The translations under genes and the position numbers were made by a program. Under the pieces are notes generated by a model. The model searched no databases. It was not told the origin of the DNA and worked only from the letters and a program-made list of their open reading frames with translations. 64,000 nt of DNA from Glaucostegus cemiculus (Eukaryota), in NCBI GenBank assembly GCA_976551045.1, contig CDPCPM010000026.1:14508001-14572000 (forward strand), written 5' to 3'. Each line of letters starts with the position of its first letter. Position 1 is the first letter of the stretch. Positions 13,099 through 26,499 of the stretch are shown piece by piece.

Positions 13099-15599
13099 AT
13101 AAAAGGAGATGTGATAGAAAATTTCCTGTCTAAAGAAAATTTTGATCAAATATTATATACTTAAGCAGGAGGCATGGAATTCATGACATTAATTAGATTA
13201 CGTTATAAGATGAAGGAAAGGGTGATTGATAGCCATCTTAGAAACTTCCATCAACCCAGATCTGTACAAAGCAGAGCATATTACACTCTATATCATATAA
13301 TTCAGCTTCAACAGTCCTATTTCTAATTTTATTTCTATTTCTGTGAAAATTATAATGGTTACTGCTGAAAAACTTTTGTTTCATAACAGAACATTCAAAG
13401 TTTTAGTTAATGCTTCGAAACATTTATTGAACATCAGATCAAAGAGATCTAAAATCTGAAAGCACAGACATTGAATTTGTGGCTTGCACATTCAATACTA
13501 CTGGTTTCCAATTTTAGTCTTGTTTATGTTAATTCTAAGTGAACTTAGATTTCAACTTGACAATCAGAATCACAAAGGAAATAATGTGAAATATTGCAAC
13601 ATTTGTTAATTGTCAAATCTGCTATAGGTTTAAATTACTGACAAAAAAGGTCTCCAAATATAGTCCTTTAATGTGGTGAAAGCGTTTTACTAATTGGCCT
13701 AAATACTGCAAATTTTTGATCTGTGCACATGCAACCAATGTTGTAAATTTTGCAGTAATTCAAATGGTACTGAAGTAACTTGGATACGTGATAAATATTC
13801 TTGCCACTGAGCCAGATTCATGTGTATGTTTTTGTTAAGCAATTCTCATTCCATGAGTTGTCTTTCTTGAAGATGCACTACATTTTTGGCACTGTTAATT
13901 TACAGAAATATACAGAAGATAATAATGTTTAAAACATCAACATAAAACATGCATGAAAACTATTAAATATGTTGTAATCTGGTGCCACTTTGTTGTTTGT
14001 GGCTTTGACTAAAGGCACTGTTGAGTGGCTGTGAGTATTCAATTCCCTCCACAGTTTCCTTAACAGACTCATATCGTTAAAAACCAGCAAGCATGGGCTT
14101 ATACAGAGTACACTGAGCCCATAAAGCTGCAAGGAACATTTTCTCAAAAAAAAGATTACGTATGAGCACAATGCTTTTGGATAAACTGAGCCAAGTTTCA
14201 GAAGAAAATCTTTTGCTACTAATTGTTGTAAGGGTTGGAACATTCGTTCTATATGGCTTGTTGCCTCCTTATAATTTTCAGGTTTGTGCCCCATTAGTAA
14301 TTTTTTGGATATAGGTCACAGCATTATTATTGGCCAGGCTCTGAGGTGCCAGGGAAGCAACAATATTATGTTGTTGAAAAAAACAGAGTCTTGTTCTGAA
14401 CAGATATTTACTCTCAAGTGCTTTTTCAGGGATGAGTCTTCTAAGCTCAGACAGAACCTCTGTGGGAAGAACAACAAACCGACTAAAAATACCCATGTGT
14501 ACTGCTTAATGACTCCTGGGGAGGATATGGAAGGTGTGACCCAATGTCTGTGGATGCAATCAAATCCAGTTGAGGAGAGAAGACCTGCAAATAAGGATAA
14601 ACACTGGTCAGGCATCCCCCAACCCTCTAAACCTGAAATATTTGTATCAATCTAAATATTAACATTAGGCTCCCTTCTTATTCCTTCCAGGCCAATTATT
14701 TTGATTAATGCTATCAGCAGGACTGGGCCTTTATGAGATTCAGGCTTTCTGTTCGTGGGAATCTTTTAAAAAAATGAAAATTATAATGAGGTACAGGTGT
14801 AGGTTCCTAATGACAGCTGGGAACTGTCTGAGCCTGGAACAATCACACATGCTGTTGTAGTTTACAGCACAAACTTTACCAGTTCCTAGTGGGCGTTGTT
14901 GAATTAGGTGTTGGCACATTCTCTGTCTGGCCAGCCCCTCCAATCACCTCAATCTAGCCAAGTGTTAATGCAGTTAATTGAATTTAAGATCAATAATGTT
15001 TAATTATTACAATTTGACATTGTGAGATGAATGGATTTGTGACTTGAGAAAATGTGTGAGTATTCCAGGAGAGCCAAGTACATTGAAGCCTTCGAGAGAT
15101 CACAGGGACCTGCAATCGATTGGTCCACAATCCAATTGACTAATGCTCTGACAAATGTGGTTACCACGTTACTGCAAATAAACATTCCATAAGAATGCTT
15201 TAGCTCCTGTCACTGAACATATCCAGTCCAGCACTGTCCTGCAATCTGCTTCAGATTGGAATGGAAAGAATGACTACTGGAACTTAAAAACATCTGTCTT
15301 AACAGGGTATGTGGTTTGTTGAAATGAGAATCGTTACTAACTCCCTGCCATCCACCACCCAACATCCCACTCCCCATCAATAAATGTTGAGATTTTTGTA
15401 CTACCTAGTAATTCAAGGGAAGGTGCTGCTGTTGCATACAGATTTGGTCAGCAATATAAGTGATTGGTTCTGAATACTAACATGAACAAGCATGAACTTT
15501 TTGTGTATCTCAATTTCACACAGCAGGAACCTTCAGTGCAGTTTCAAACATCCACTCGACTAATTGATCGCATACTAATTAATGAATACAACATAAAGA

Positions 15600-16380
15600 A
15601 TCCTCTTACAAGTCATCCACTTCTGAGACAGTTCATCCAGATTGAGGATGAGGATTTGCTTCCACTTCACGTATGTGGTATTAAAGGTGGTTAATGAGGC
15701 AAATGTGGGAGCCACGGCTTGATGAGGTGGAAGGTGGGTAGTTTGGGAGGTGATGCACTCCTTCCATGACTTATGCTGGGCTTTTGTGTGCTCCTTCTCA
15801 ACATAGCTGAGCTTTTCAACACCATCCCAAATGCATCTTCTCCATTTTTTTCCTCTTGATTCAGAAATTCCCACAAATTGGATATTACACTCTATCAAGA
15901 AGGCTTTCAGAACATTCTTGAATCTTTACCTCTATCCACCTAGTAATTGCTTGCCATGGTGGAGTTCAGAACAGAGTGCCCACTTTGGGATTCTGGTGTT
16001 GGATCTTTGAATAGTGTAATCTTTTGACTGAGTACAATCAGGGCCTCTTTGCTGGAGATGTTGGAGAGCGGGCACTGACAATAGCCTGATTAACCTGCCA
16101 GAGGACCTGGAGGATGTTGCAGAGATATTAGCATTAGGGGAATCTTTCCAATGCTTTGAGGTGCATGCTGTAGATAACCGTGTCTCTGAGGCATACAGGA
16201 GGGAAGGGATCACCGCTGCATGGCAGACTGAGCTTTATACCAAGTTTGATATCTTGATCTTCAAACACTCTTTTCCTCAGATGGAATAAGTCTGTGCTGG
16301 TGCACTGAAGGCAAGGGTGAACTTCATCACTGATGTACTCGTTCACTGAGTCATGCCTCCCAGGCTATGGAAAGCAGTTA
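15600..16380 (-). mobile_element. RTE-clade LINE 3' fragment (degenerate)
   Basis: Frameshifted translations DEVH..LRKRVFEDQDIK, IPSLLYASET, HLKALERF, RIPKWALCSELHHGKQLLGG and KWRR match the RTE ORF C-terminus. Confidence 0.8.
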
Positions 16381-18619
16381 CAAATATTCTCCAAATAATC
16401 TCAAAATAAGGCCCTATATAGTTAGGTGGTACACTCAATGGCAAAAATAGGATGTGTCCTTTTTTTTCCAAAAGGAGCATTAGTCTGGGAGTAAAATAAT
16501 ATTCCCGGCTGATATTGAACTCTTAACAATACTGTCCAATGTTAGCTTTCAGTTAGGATTTTTATTCCTCGACAGCAGTATATTATCATTCAAGTGTTCC
16601 TTTCTCCAAACAAGCAACTGAAATTATGGTATTATATCTTGAAGCAGGCATACTCCTGATGTTAAGTACTTCACTATTAATCCCAATGATCCCACGGCAC
16701 TTCCCTGATATATGGGAATTCTTTTCAAATTATTTCTCCTATGTTTTATAGAGAATTTCTGTTTAATCCATTTCAAATTACTAAAGGTTCATAGGAAGAG
16801 TAACATTGCAAAGCAATTTAACACTTGAGAAGCCATACACTACCAGACTGAACACTAAAAATAGCAAGAGACCGAGTGGATAAAATTGGTCATGGGATCA
16901 AAATAGGTGAGAGTGAATTGGCAGTGCATTTTACAATTGGCATGATGTTGTTTTCAGTGAACAGTTTGCCAGAAGCTTTTAAAACAATGACCTATCTTTT
17001 ACTAAAAATACCATAATATGTATCATATTGTATTGGCAGACATGGAGAATGAATTAAAGGCAAACTAAATTTTTGCTCTGGATATTCCTGAATATTTGAC
17101 TCATAAGCTAACATATCAGGTTTCAACCATTTTTCTATTTCTGTATGTAATCCCTTTTTAGTTTTTAGTCATGAATAGTAATATCTATTTTACTCTTTTC
17201 AGCATCCTACAAAGAACAATATTTGAATGAACAAAAGCATACCATTAAACATATGCTAATAAACAGAAATTTTTGCTTAAATACGATAACAACTAGAATG
17301 CATTTGTCATAATCTTAAACAAGGGCAGGGGTTAATGAGTTAGCAAGGTGCCAATTCACAGGGTGCATTTTTCTGATAAAATGTCAATTATTGCAGTGTT
17401 CTAATCATTTGTGAATTAAATTTATTGATAATATTTTGAAACATCTTTGAATTCTGAAGGTACAGGACTGTCAAGTAGGTTCATACTTAATACACTAGCC
17501 CTAAACGTAGCCTGTGGAAGCTAATAAATGGAATATCATCTATTTAATGCTATTAATATATCCACAAGTTTGAAAGAAATGTATGTTGCTTTTGTGTGTT
17601 TAGTGCTACAGCCATATCCCAACATTATTTATGTAGGCTACACAGTCCCAGCTCTCTAAGAATGTCACTTGAAATATATTGCTTTGCTCAGGAATGGTGT
17701 ACGCACACACATTAAAAGCCTTTGAATCAATTGTAGCAAATGCATTAAAACTTCATTAGAAAATACAATAAAAGAAGCTTTCTGACTATCAACTCTCCAT
17801 TTTTATTAGGTTTCTACAAACAAGTGTTTTCTCCTGAACGGTGAAAATCAACTGACTGTGATCTGCTCTTATAACAGTATCTGCTGTGACGCTTGCTATT
17901 GTGGCAATTTCTTCGAACTAGCTGGCCTGTCACTATGTGGATATTGCATTGCTGGCCTTTTAGAAATCACAGCAAATAACAAGCTCTATTTTTGTATTAT
18001 TTAAACAAATGTCAAGGCCTATGTTGGAAATCTATAATCAGAGATAGTGTTACTTGCATGACACAAGTAACACTGCTATATGCTCAGTGCAAAATAAAAT
18101 TCCATTTTGTGATGACAACTGGGAGTTGACCATAGTAGCCTTGATTTTCCATCGGTCAACTGTTATCAGTAGCCAAATGAAATATTCAACTCAATGATAA
18201 ATTGGTTTTGAGATGGTACATAACCACTCCCATTATCAATGGCAGTGATAAACTTTAAAAAGCATTGAGTAATTAAAAAAACTGTGGTGAAAATATTTAT
18301 TTGCATCATTGTTCTTGGTTATATGCCCTGAAAGAAACTTGCACAGCACAATATTAAAATCATCCCTTCTTCAAACTTACGTCAAGTCTTGTACAATGAA
18401 AGAATGTGTAATCATTTTTTAAGCCTACTTTACACAGGGTGTTGGTTTAATTGTAACTTTCCTGCTCAGTCAGGAGGTAAGTGTAGGAGCCCCAATCCAC
18501 ATAGCCTTGGGAAGTAGCAATTATATGCAGACTCTAAACACCACGTTAACATCCAGTGAGCTCCTTTAGTCTGGTTCATTCATAGATTAGTTAGACATTT
18601 CTACTCCCATCTCTCATAA

Positions 18620-19410
18620 CATCATAGAATGATACACCACAGAAATGAGCCCTTTCTGCCCATATTGTCCATGCCAACCATGATGCCTATCTATGCTAAT
18701 CCTATTTCCCTGCATTAGACCCATATTCCATTATGCCTTTCCTGTGCAAATGCCTTTTAAATGTTGTAATTGTATCCACCTCTACTACTTCCTCTAGCAG
18801 CTTATTCCAGATAACCACCACCCTCTGTGTAAAAAAAACATACTTCCCTAACTTAAACCTGTGCCCTTTAGTTCTTGACCTGGTAAAAAGATTCTATCTC
18901 TCCAATCTATGCCCTTCATAATTTTATAAACTTTGATAATGGTGGTCACAAGAGGACATAGGTTGAAGGTGCTGGGGGGAAGATATAGGGGAGATGTTAG
19001 GGGTAAGTTTTTTACTCAGAGAGTGGTGAGCGCGTGAAATGGGCTGCCGGAGATGGTGGTGGAGGCGGATACGTTAGGGTCTTTCAAGAGACTGTTGGAT
19101 AGGTACATGGAGGTAAATAAGATAGAAGGCTATGGGTAAGCCTAATAGAGTGGGGACATGTTCGGCACAGCTTTGTGGGCCGAAGGGCCTGAATTGTGCT
19201 GTAGGTATCTATGTTCTATGATAAGGTCACCGCTCAGTCTCCCACATTGCACTGTGAATAAACTCAGGATATCCAATCTCTTCTTATAACTACAGCCCCC
19301 TCCCACTCCAGGCAACATTCTGGTGAATCTTTTCTGCATTCTCTCTATTGCTGCCACATCCTTCCCGTAGTGTGGCAACCAGAAGCATACACTGAGTTGC
19401 AAAGTTAGGT
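18620..19410 (-). mobile_element. CR1 LINE 3' fragment (host), interrupted at 18940-19218
   Basis: Minus-strand translation WLPHYGKDVAAIERMQKRFTRMLPG..SYKKRLDILSLF..RLSGDLI, plus a CR1 tail near 18620-18690. Confidence 0.85.
18940..19218 (+). mobile_element. Younger CR1 3' end nested antisense, with TGATAA target-site duplication
   Basis: Encodes TRGHRLKVLGGRYRGDVRGKFFTQRVVSA*NGLPEMVVEADTLGSFKRLLDRYME. Tail is gggccgaagggcctg...tctatgttcta. TGATAA occurs at 18934-18939 and 19219-19224. Confidence 0.88.
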
Positions 19411-19571
19411 TCAGACCCCAGGTCGGTCTGCCCTGGCAAGTGGAGGGCGAAGGACCACGTGAATACTGGATAGGATGAAGCAGAAGCACTTGTGGCTGAT
19501 GGCTACAAGAATTTTCCCTCCCTACCACCCCACGCCAACTTCCACCTCTTCCCAGATCATAAAGTTACCAA

Positions 19572-19870
19572 GGGTGGCACTGTGACACTGCAAACGGTAC
19601 AGCTGTCTCAGCTCTAACCACCTGGGTTCAATCCTGACCTCTGGCATTGTCTATGTGGTTTTGGAAATTCTCTCTGTGACTGTATGGATATCCTCAAGTG
19701 TCCTGCTTTGCTCAGACATCTATAGATGTGCTGATTGTTGGGTTAATCGGCTGCTGTACATTACCCTTCGTTTGGGTGGTTGATGGGAGAACAGGAGAAA
19801 TAAAAGAGAATAAATAGGTTACAGAGAAATAAATGGGAGAATGGGATTGCTCTGAGAGCTGGCATACACA
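19572..19870 (+). mobile_element. Old tRNA-derived V-SINE (HE1-like)
   Basis: B-box ggttcaatcc, degenerate V-domain and ggttaatcggctgctgtacatt. Aligns by eye to 54920-55282. Confidence 0.65.
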
Positions 19871-20079
19871 CAGTTCAAGCACTCAATCCTTTAGCCATCT
19901 TCATGCAGGAAAGCAATGAGAATTGTGTTGGCACAGTTTCCTTGTTATCACAGAAGATAGCATTTAATTTAACAGTTTTGTCCATCTGTGGTTTGTTAAT
20001 ACACTTTAAAACTAACCTTTAAACTGTACTTCCCCAATACACAGTAATAATATTTGTCCATTTCTCACAAAGTCAATCA

Positions 20080-21065
20080 AAGAATCATAAGAACATGTAA
20101 TACAGAAATGGGCCTTAAGGCCTACCTCGTCCATGCCTACCGTGATGCTAACCCCATTTTCCTACATTAAACCTGTATCCCTCTACTCTTTTACTATCCA
20201 AGTACCTGTCTAAATGTCTTTTAAATGTTATAATAGGACAAGTACATGGATGGAAAAGGTTTGGAAGGATCTGGGCCAAACACAGGCAAATGGGACTAAC
20301 TCAGGTAGGCAATTTTGTCAGCATGGACCAGTTGGGCTGAGGGACCTGCTTCCATGCTGTATGACTCTATGACTCCATCTGCCTCCACTACCTTCTCTGG
20401 CAGCTCATCCCACACAGCCATCACCCTCTGTTTTAAAAAAATTACCCCTCAATCTCCTTAAATGTCTCACCCCTCATTTTAAATCTATGCCGTCTAGTTC
20501 AGGACTGCCTTGCCTTGGGAGAAAAGATTCTGACTATCTATCCTGTCTATGTCCCTCATAGTTTTATAAACCTCTATAAGGTCACCCCTTAGCCTCGTAC
20601 ATTCCAGTGAGAATAAACCCAGCCAATCCAATCTCTCCTTATAATCACAGCCCTCCACTCCAGGTGGCATCTTGGTGAATCTCTTTTGCACTCTCACAAT
20701 ACTCTGAGTGCGTTCTACCCAAAGTTTTGTACAACTGCAACATGACATCCCAACTCTAATACTCAATCTTCAGCCTACAAAGGCAAATATACAGAATGCC
20801 TTTTTCACTGCTTTATCCACTTGTGGTGCCACTTTTAGGCTGCTATGAACTTGCACCCTAAGGTCTCTGCACGTCAGTGCTCCTATGTTCTAGTAGAATT
20901 TGACCTCCTAAAGTGCATTACCTCACACTTGCCTGGATTAAATTCCATCTGCCATCGCTCCGCCCAGCTTTCCAGTTGATCTACATCCCAGTGTATCTTA
21001 AACAACCTTCCTCGTTATCCACCACTCCACCGATTTTTGTGTCATCTGCAAACTTACTGATCATA
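20080..21065 (-). mobile_element. CR1 LINE fragment (host), interrupted at about 20234-20374
   Basis: Translation VRVQKRFTKMPPG..YKERLDWLGLFSLECTRLRGDLIEVYKTMRDIDRIDS. The RT motif KFADD (gtcatctgcaaactt) is near 21041-21055. Confidence 0.88.
20234..20374 (+). mobile_element. CR1 3' tail nested antisense
   Basis: ggacaagtacatggat...ggcaaatgggactaa...ttgggctgagggacctg...atgactctatgact. No clear TSD. Confidence 0.75.
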
Positions 21066-21759
21066 CTTCCCTTATAGATCTCCCAAAAGACTTAACAATT
21101 TACTGCTTATTAGAGCTGATTCATGGGTGATTTTGTGCTTAATTAATAACTGGTCTTAAATGACCAAACTAACTGCAACTAGAAAATTTATACTCCCATG
21201 TAGGGAATGATGCCATTCCACAAATTTGGGCTATACACAAAGGGGTTAAAAGACAATGTCCTGGGGTAGATTGAGGCGATTGCCTGCCTGGAATTTACAA
21301 CAGGACCTGGTTTTACTTGGTGTTCACCCCTTTTCTTGTTGGGAACTGACAACATGTGGTTGTTATTTTGATTTCAACAACAGCTCTGCTGATTGCTGTC
21401 TTGACGAATAGCTCGCTATATTCTCATACTCAGGGGATGTAGCAAGATCCATCCAGTTACTCGGTAATTTTAATCACAGAAATTTAAACATAGAAAGAGA
21501 CAATTTGGCTTAAAGCAGATGAAGAAATAAGCAGGAAGATTCTCGGCTGAATCTATCTAGAAGCAGTTATCTCACCAAATTCATTTTAAATTCTCTGAAA
21601 GAGGCTACAAAACCCTTGGGTTAGCAAGATAAAAATAAGCCAAGGATCCTGCTCTCTATCACAATCCAACATCCCTCGAAGAATTGCTCATGGAACTCAG
21701 ATGAGAAGGAGCAAAGAAAAGTAACAAAAATTTCAAGAAGAATCTGGTTACTGATATAT

Positions 21760-22185
21760 TTGTTCTAATGACAGCTGTGACTTAGCTACCTCTCTTTGAG
21801 AAGATTCAGAGTCTTCTCTAGACACTCAACTGCATAAATCTAGGCTGATGCTCCAAGGCAGAACTAAGGAAATCCTCAGATTTCAGGGGGGCAAAACATT
21901 GGATGGGATGTTAAACCAAGGCTCCCTCCGATCACCCAGGTGGATATTAAACATCCCATGGCACTATTTTGATTCATGTCCTGATCAATATTTATTCCTG
22001 ATCAACTTCATTATAAGGAGATTATTGGCTCATTATCAAATTACTGTTTGTAGGATCTTTCTATGGTCAAGTTGGATGCTTTGCTTCTAGCTTCACAACA
22101 GTGACTAGACTTCAAAGGTACTTCATTGACTGTAGAGTATTTTGGAATATTCTGAGGTAGTGAAAAGTGCAAGTTTATTTTTTAC
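21760..22185 (+). mobile_element. Deu-domain SINE (SacSINE1/AmnSINE1-related)
   Basis: Deu core ggatgttaaaccaagg...ggtggatattaaacatcccatggcactattttga...gtcctgatcaatatttattcct and tail acaacagtgactagacttcaaaggtacttcattgactgt. Confidence 0.75.
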
Positions 22186-22497
22186 TGATGGAAATTAACA
22201 ACCCTGCTTAATCTTGTTTCAAAAAAAATTTATCATTCACACTCCTTGCTATACTTACAACTATCATCATACTTCGAAATAACTATATCCTTAATACAAT
22301 GAAAAGAAAATCACATTTATCACAATACTCAACTATTACTTATTTCTGAACAGATGAATTGAAATAAATGCCCACTGATTAGGCACCAATTCTGCCATCT
22401 CCCAGATACACAGCTGTAACATTCAGCAGAAATGAACCAGACTGCAAATACACATTTATTTCTATTCTTTCTAACATTTTGGTTCTATGGATTGCAG

Positions 22498-23310
22498 GAA
22501 TCATAGACATATATATTTCAGGAGCAAGCCACTTGGCTCATGTTGGTGTATGCTGGCAAAAAAAAGAACTATCTTTCCTAATGTTCCTTGTAAGAACTCT
22601 TGGTCTGTAGTCTGCATATCAAGTATCCTTCCAAAGGTTTGTTAAAATGAAACCTAGTCCCATTTGCCAAATGTAGGCAAATGAGATTAGCTCAGGTAGA
22701 CAACTTGGTAGGCATGTATGAGTTAGATCGAAGGGCCTGTTTCCATGTTGTGTAGTTCTATGACCTACTACTCCATATGATAAGGGCTCTATCTTTATTA
22801 TCCACTTAGGCAATGTTACAGGCTCTACCAGTGTTTGGGTGAAAAAAATCCTCAACTCCCTTTTAATTCTCCTACTGATTAATTCAAATCTGCGTACCAT
22901 AATTATGCACCTCCCTGCCAAGGGAAATCAGTCTTCCCATCCACTCTGTCCAGGCCCTTCATAGTTCTATGCATCTCTATTACATCTCCAAGTCCAATTT
23001 TTCCTACAAGTTAAGATTCTCCAATCCTTCACAAATCTCTTCTGCAAGCTGTCTAGCACAAATATGTCCTTCCTGCAATGTGGTGATCTGAGTTGTAGGC
23101 AGCTCACAGCTGTGGTATAACTAATGGTTTACACTGTTCTAACACCTACTGCTTGTTATTATATCCCACATCTCTGAAAACGGAAAATATGCATCTTTAA
23201 GCACCATATCTACCAGTCTTGCTGCTTTGAGGGATCTGTGGACATGTATTGCAAGGGACTGCTCTTCCTCTATACTCTCACTATGTTACCATTAATAGAG
23301 CATTAATTGC
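22498..23310 (-). mobile_element. Old CR1 fragment with an antisense CR1 tail nested at about 22654-22765
   Basis: Minus-strand translation RRIKRELRIFFTQTLV. The plus-strand insert ends gaagggcctgtttccatgttgtgtagttctatgac. Confidence 0.7.
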
Positions 23311-26300
23311 CATACTGCTTAACGTATATTGTCTATGACATATTTACAATGATCACTGACATTCTATTCTTAGTAACTATTGTGTTCAATGCATGGTTGG
23401 AATGCTGTTTCTTAAAAAATACATTATTACTCTATAAGAAGAAAGTGGCAAACTTTGGAATCCAAATTTATTTGGAAAATAATAAACTTTACTGCATAGA
23501 AACAGGAAGGCTGAAAAGCTCCTCAAAAGCACTGTCATTTCACAGTTGACCTGTTCTGCAGTTATAACTTACTGGCCCATAACTTATCACCATTGAGCCA
23601 TGCCTACTCACTTCTGACCCACATGCTGAACACAAACTTACCTCCTGCAGATTTGTTGTTGTCAAACTGCTTCCAAGGTGGCCCAATCATCAACTATTTC
23701 TCAACTGATGAATTGTCCCTATATGGAGGCAGGACCTTGTGGGAAGTAATGCCATTGCATGAGCAGGGGAGAGGGTTTGTTGGTGGGTTGGGGGCAGATC
23801 CACAACAAGCTTTACCAAAAAATTATTGAAAACTGGCTACGCCATGTCCTCCAATTTAGTTGGCTGTCAAACGTCCAAGAATTATTAAAAACAATTCAGA
23901 ATCTAAAATATTAAAACAAAGTATTAAAAAGATAAACATAAACTTCAGAACACCTAAGAAAACTTATAAATAATGAAAATCATTTAACTAAACTCTTGTT
24001 ATTAACCTTTCTCCTTCTTATCTACAATTCTTCATTTAAATTAATGGGAGCTGTTGTTCCTGCACTAGGTTAAACTCTTGGAGCATCAGAGGGCAAATTC
24101 CCAGTTTAAGGGCTGGGGAACTGACGTGTTAACGCTTGGCCATGTCCATTGATGGAGCACATATAGGAAAGTACCTGCAAGTTTGGGACTTCCATGATTG
24201 CAAGGGAATCCTGAACTTAGAGATACTTAAACAGAGAAATGCTAGCTTTTCTATAAGTTTTGGTTTATTATGTCTTGTAGAAACATCCCAAATGCTTCTC
24301 CTACAATGAACTCCTTGTAAGTGCAAACACTTTTTTTCATGTAGGCAAGCAGTAAAGGTTTTTTTTAAACACAGTGCTGTCAAACAGAAATTAGATGAAT
24401 GTTCTATTAAGCTGGCTTTGGTACCAATGGTTCTGATGTTGGAACTAGTCACAAGAGTAGGATTCTGCAACAAAACCTTTCACATGTCACCAGAATTGGC
24501 AGATGCAACCATATTTTCACATCTCATTTGAACCACCTCTGACAACCCACTTGCAGTATTATATGAAACTCTCAGGCTAGGCGGAACCATAAGGCTTGAT
24601 GGTAAGGGATAATGACAGCCATCATACACAGAATTTTCAGCATTTAGGGACATTAAGTCCCACCACAGATTTCCTACTTTGAATTTGCTGGTTGCTCTTT
24701 GCTGGCAATTTCCTGACTGCATTCAGACACTGAACTCCTCATAGAATGCAACAAGAGAGTCCAAACTGGTATCAATTCACCAGCACTTACACTGGGGAAT
24801 CAGCTGAAATCATGCCAGTAGATAGATTCCTTTAAAAATGCTCAAGTATCTTTAATTGTTTCATTTTTGTTTCTTTTTAAATTTTAATGTTTTAATGTTT
24901 AATCATTTTTAGACTTTTTAATGCTTTTGAATATTAGTTACAAATAGAAACATTTTTGATAGATTTAACAGCCTGCCAAGTAGAGTGTTGAGGTTGCTTA
25001 AAGGCAGGACTTGTCCTGATCCTCACCAAAATATCTGCATTATGTCAATGCAAGCTGACAAGGGAAGATCCACAAGCCATATCAGTCAGCAACATGTGCA
25101 GGGAAGGGCGGGGTCACCACAGGCAGGTAAGTCAGAGGGTAAGTTAATAGTGTGCTCCTTTCACATCCTTCAACTATACTGAACCGAGGGATATTAAGCA
25201 CATTCTGACCAGAAGCACAAACCCATTGTTTTCAAGAGGCTTGGTTTGCTGACAGGTTGGGAGGCAACAGCATGATGTGGTGAGATCACAGCAGCAAGTT
25301 TGGATCATACAGTGTATACCATCGAGGCCCTGCTCCCCAGAGCGTCCTCACAAGTTTTGAGAGGATGGACAGCTAGTGGCAGAGCCTCACTTTCTATCAA
25401 AACCTACCATCTCTAAAACTCAGAAACACTTAGAAACTATTAAAATTACTTTATGTAATTCAAACAAAAAAAAATAAAAATAATGAATTTAAAACATATT
25501 AAAATGCCAGGAAGTAAATACATTAAAATTAAATAAAATCAGTAAATTTAAAGCAAATAACTGAACTTACCTACACACCTGTATCAATTCTACAGAGCTG
25601 AGAAACCACATTCAAATTAATGGGATTGCTGCTCCTTCACCAGGTTTGACTAAACTTCAGTTTGATCAAGCCCACTGTACTCCATGGGAGGTTCAGCGAC
25701 ACAGCACAATGACAAATGAGATATTCATTCAGAATATCTCAGGCCCAGAGCAGATTTACACAAGTCTGGAACAAACTTACCTGGGAGAAGCTGAGGGCCC
25801 ATAGCTCTCTTTGGACCACCAGGCACAGCCACAATAATTAGGCCAAAATACCTAAGGGAACATCAGTTGTTTACCACGAATGGAGCTTTGCTAAAGAATT
25901 CAAATTCACTGCAAGCAACAATAACTTCACTTTAACCAGAAGTACTACTATATTCAGTTGCATGGTAAGAAGACTAAAAGATTTAGTGGCCTTCCACTGT
26001 TAAAGCTGAGAACATGATTCCAGAAGTGCATTTTATTGTGGAGTTCAGAGAATGTGGACCACACAATTAATGCTGGAATATTACTTGAGCCCTCAAATAA
26101 TGTTGCAATTTCAACTCCTTTGCTGGTCTCAAAGTACATGAGTTTTGATAGTCTTCATTTCAGCTTTATCACTGTTTGCCACCCTTCCTGGCCTGCACAT
26201 GTGTATCAGAATCACTTCAAATAATATTCACGGGAGGGATTTGTCACATTACCATTCAGCATGGAAAAATATAATTAGTCATAGAATATGTGGAATTTGT

Positions 26301-26499
26301 GCAGATGGTGTGTCTAGTAAGTTCTCGAATCAGAAGTCTTCAATAAACACATGCACAGTCAATTCAAAAATGTTTTTGGACTCTAGTAAAATCTCATTCT
26401 CCTCTGGCTTGCATGAAATGGTCGTAACACAACTTCACTACTCAGTATCTTTTTACACGATTACTCTGTTTGGTTTGTCAAAGGATCCAAAAAATACAA

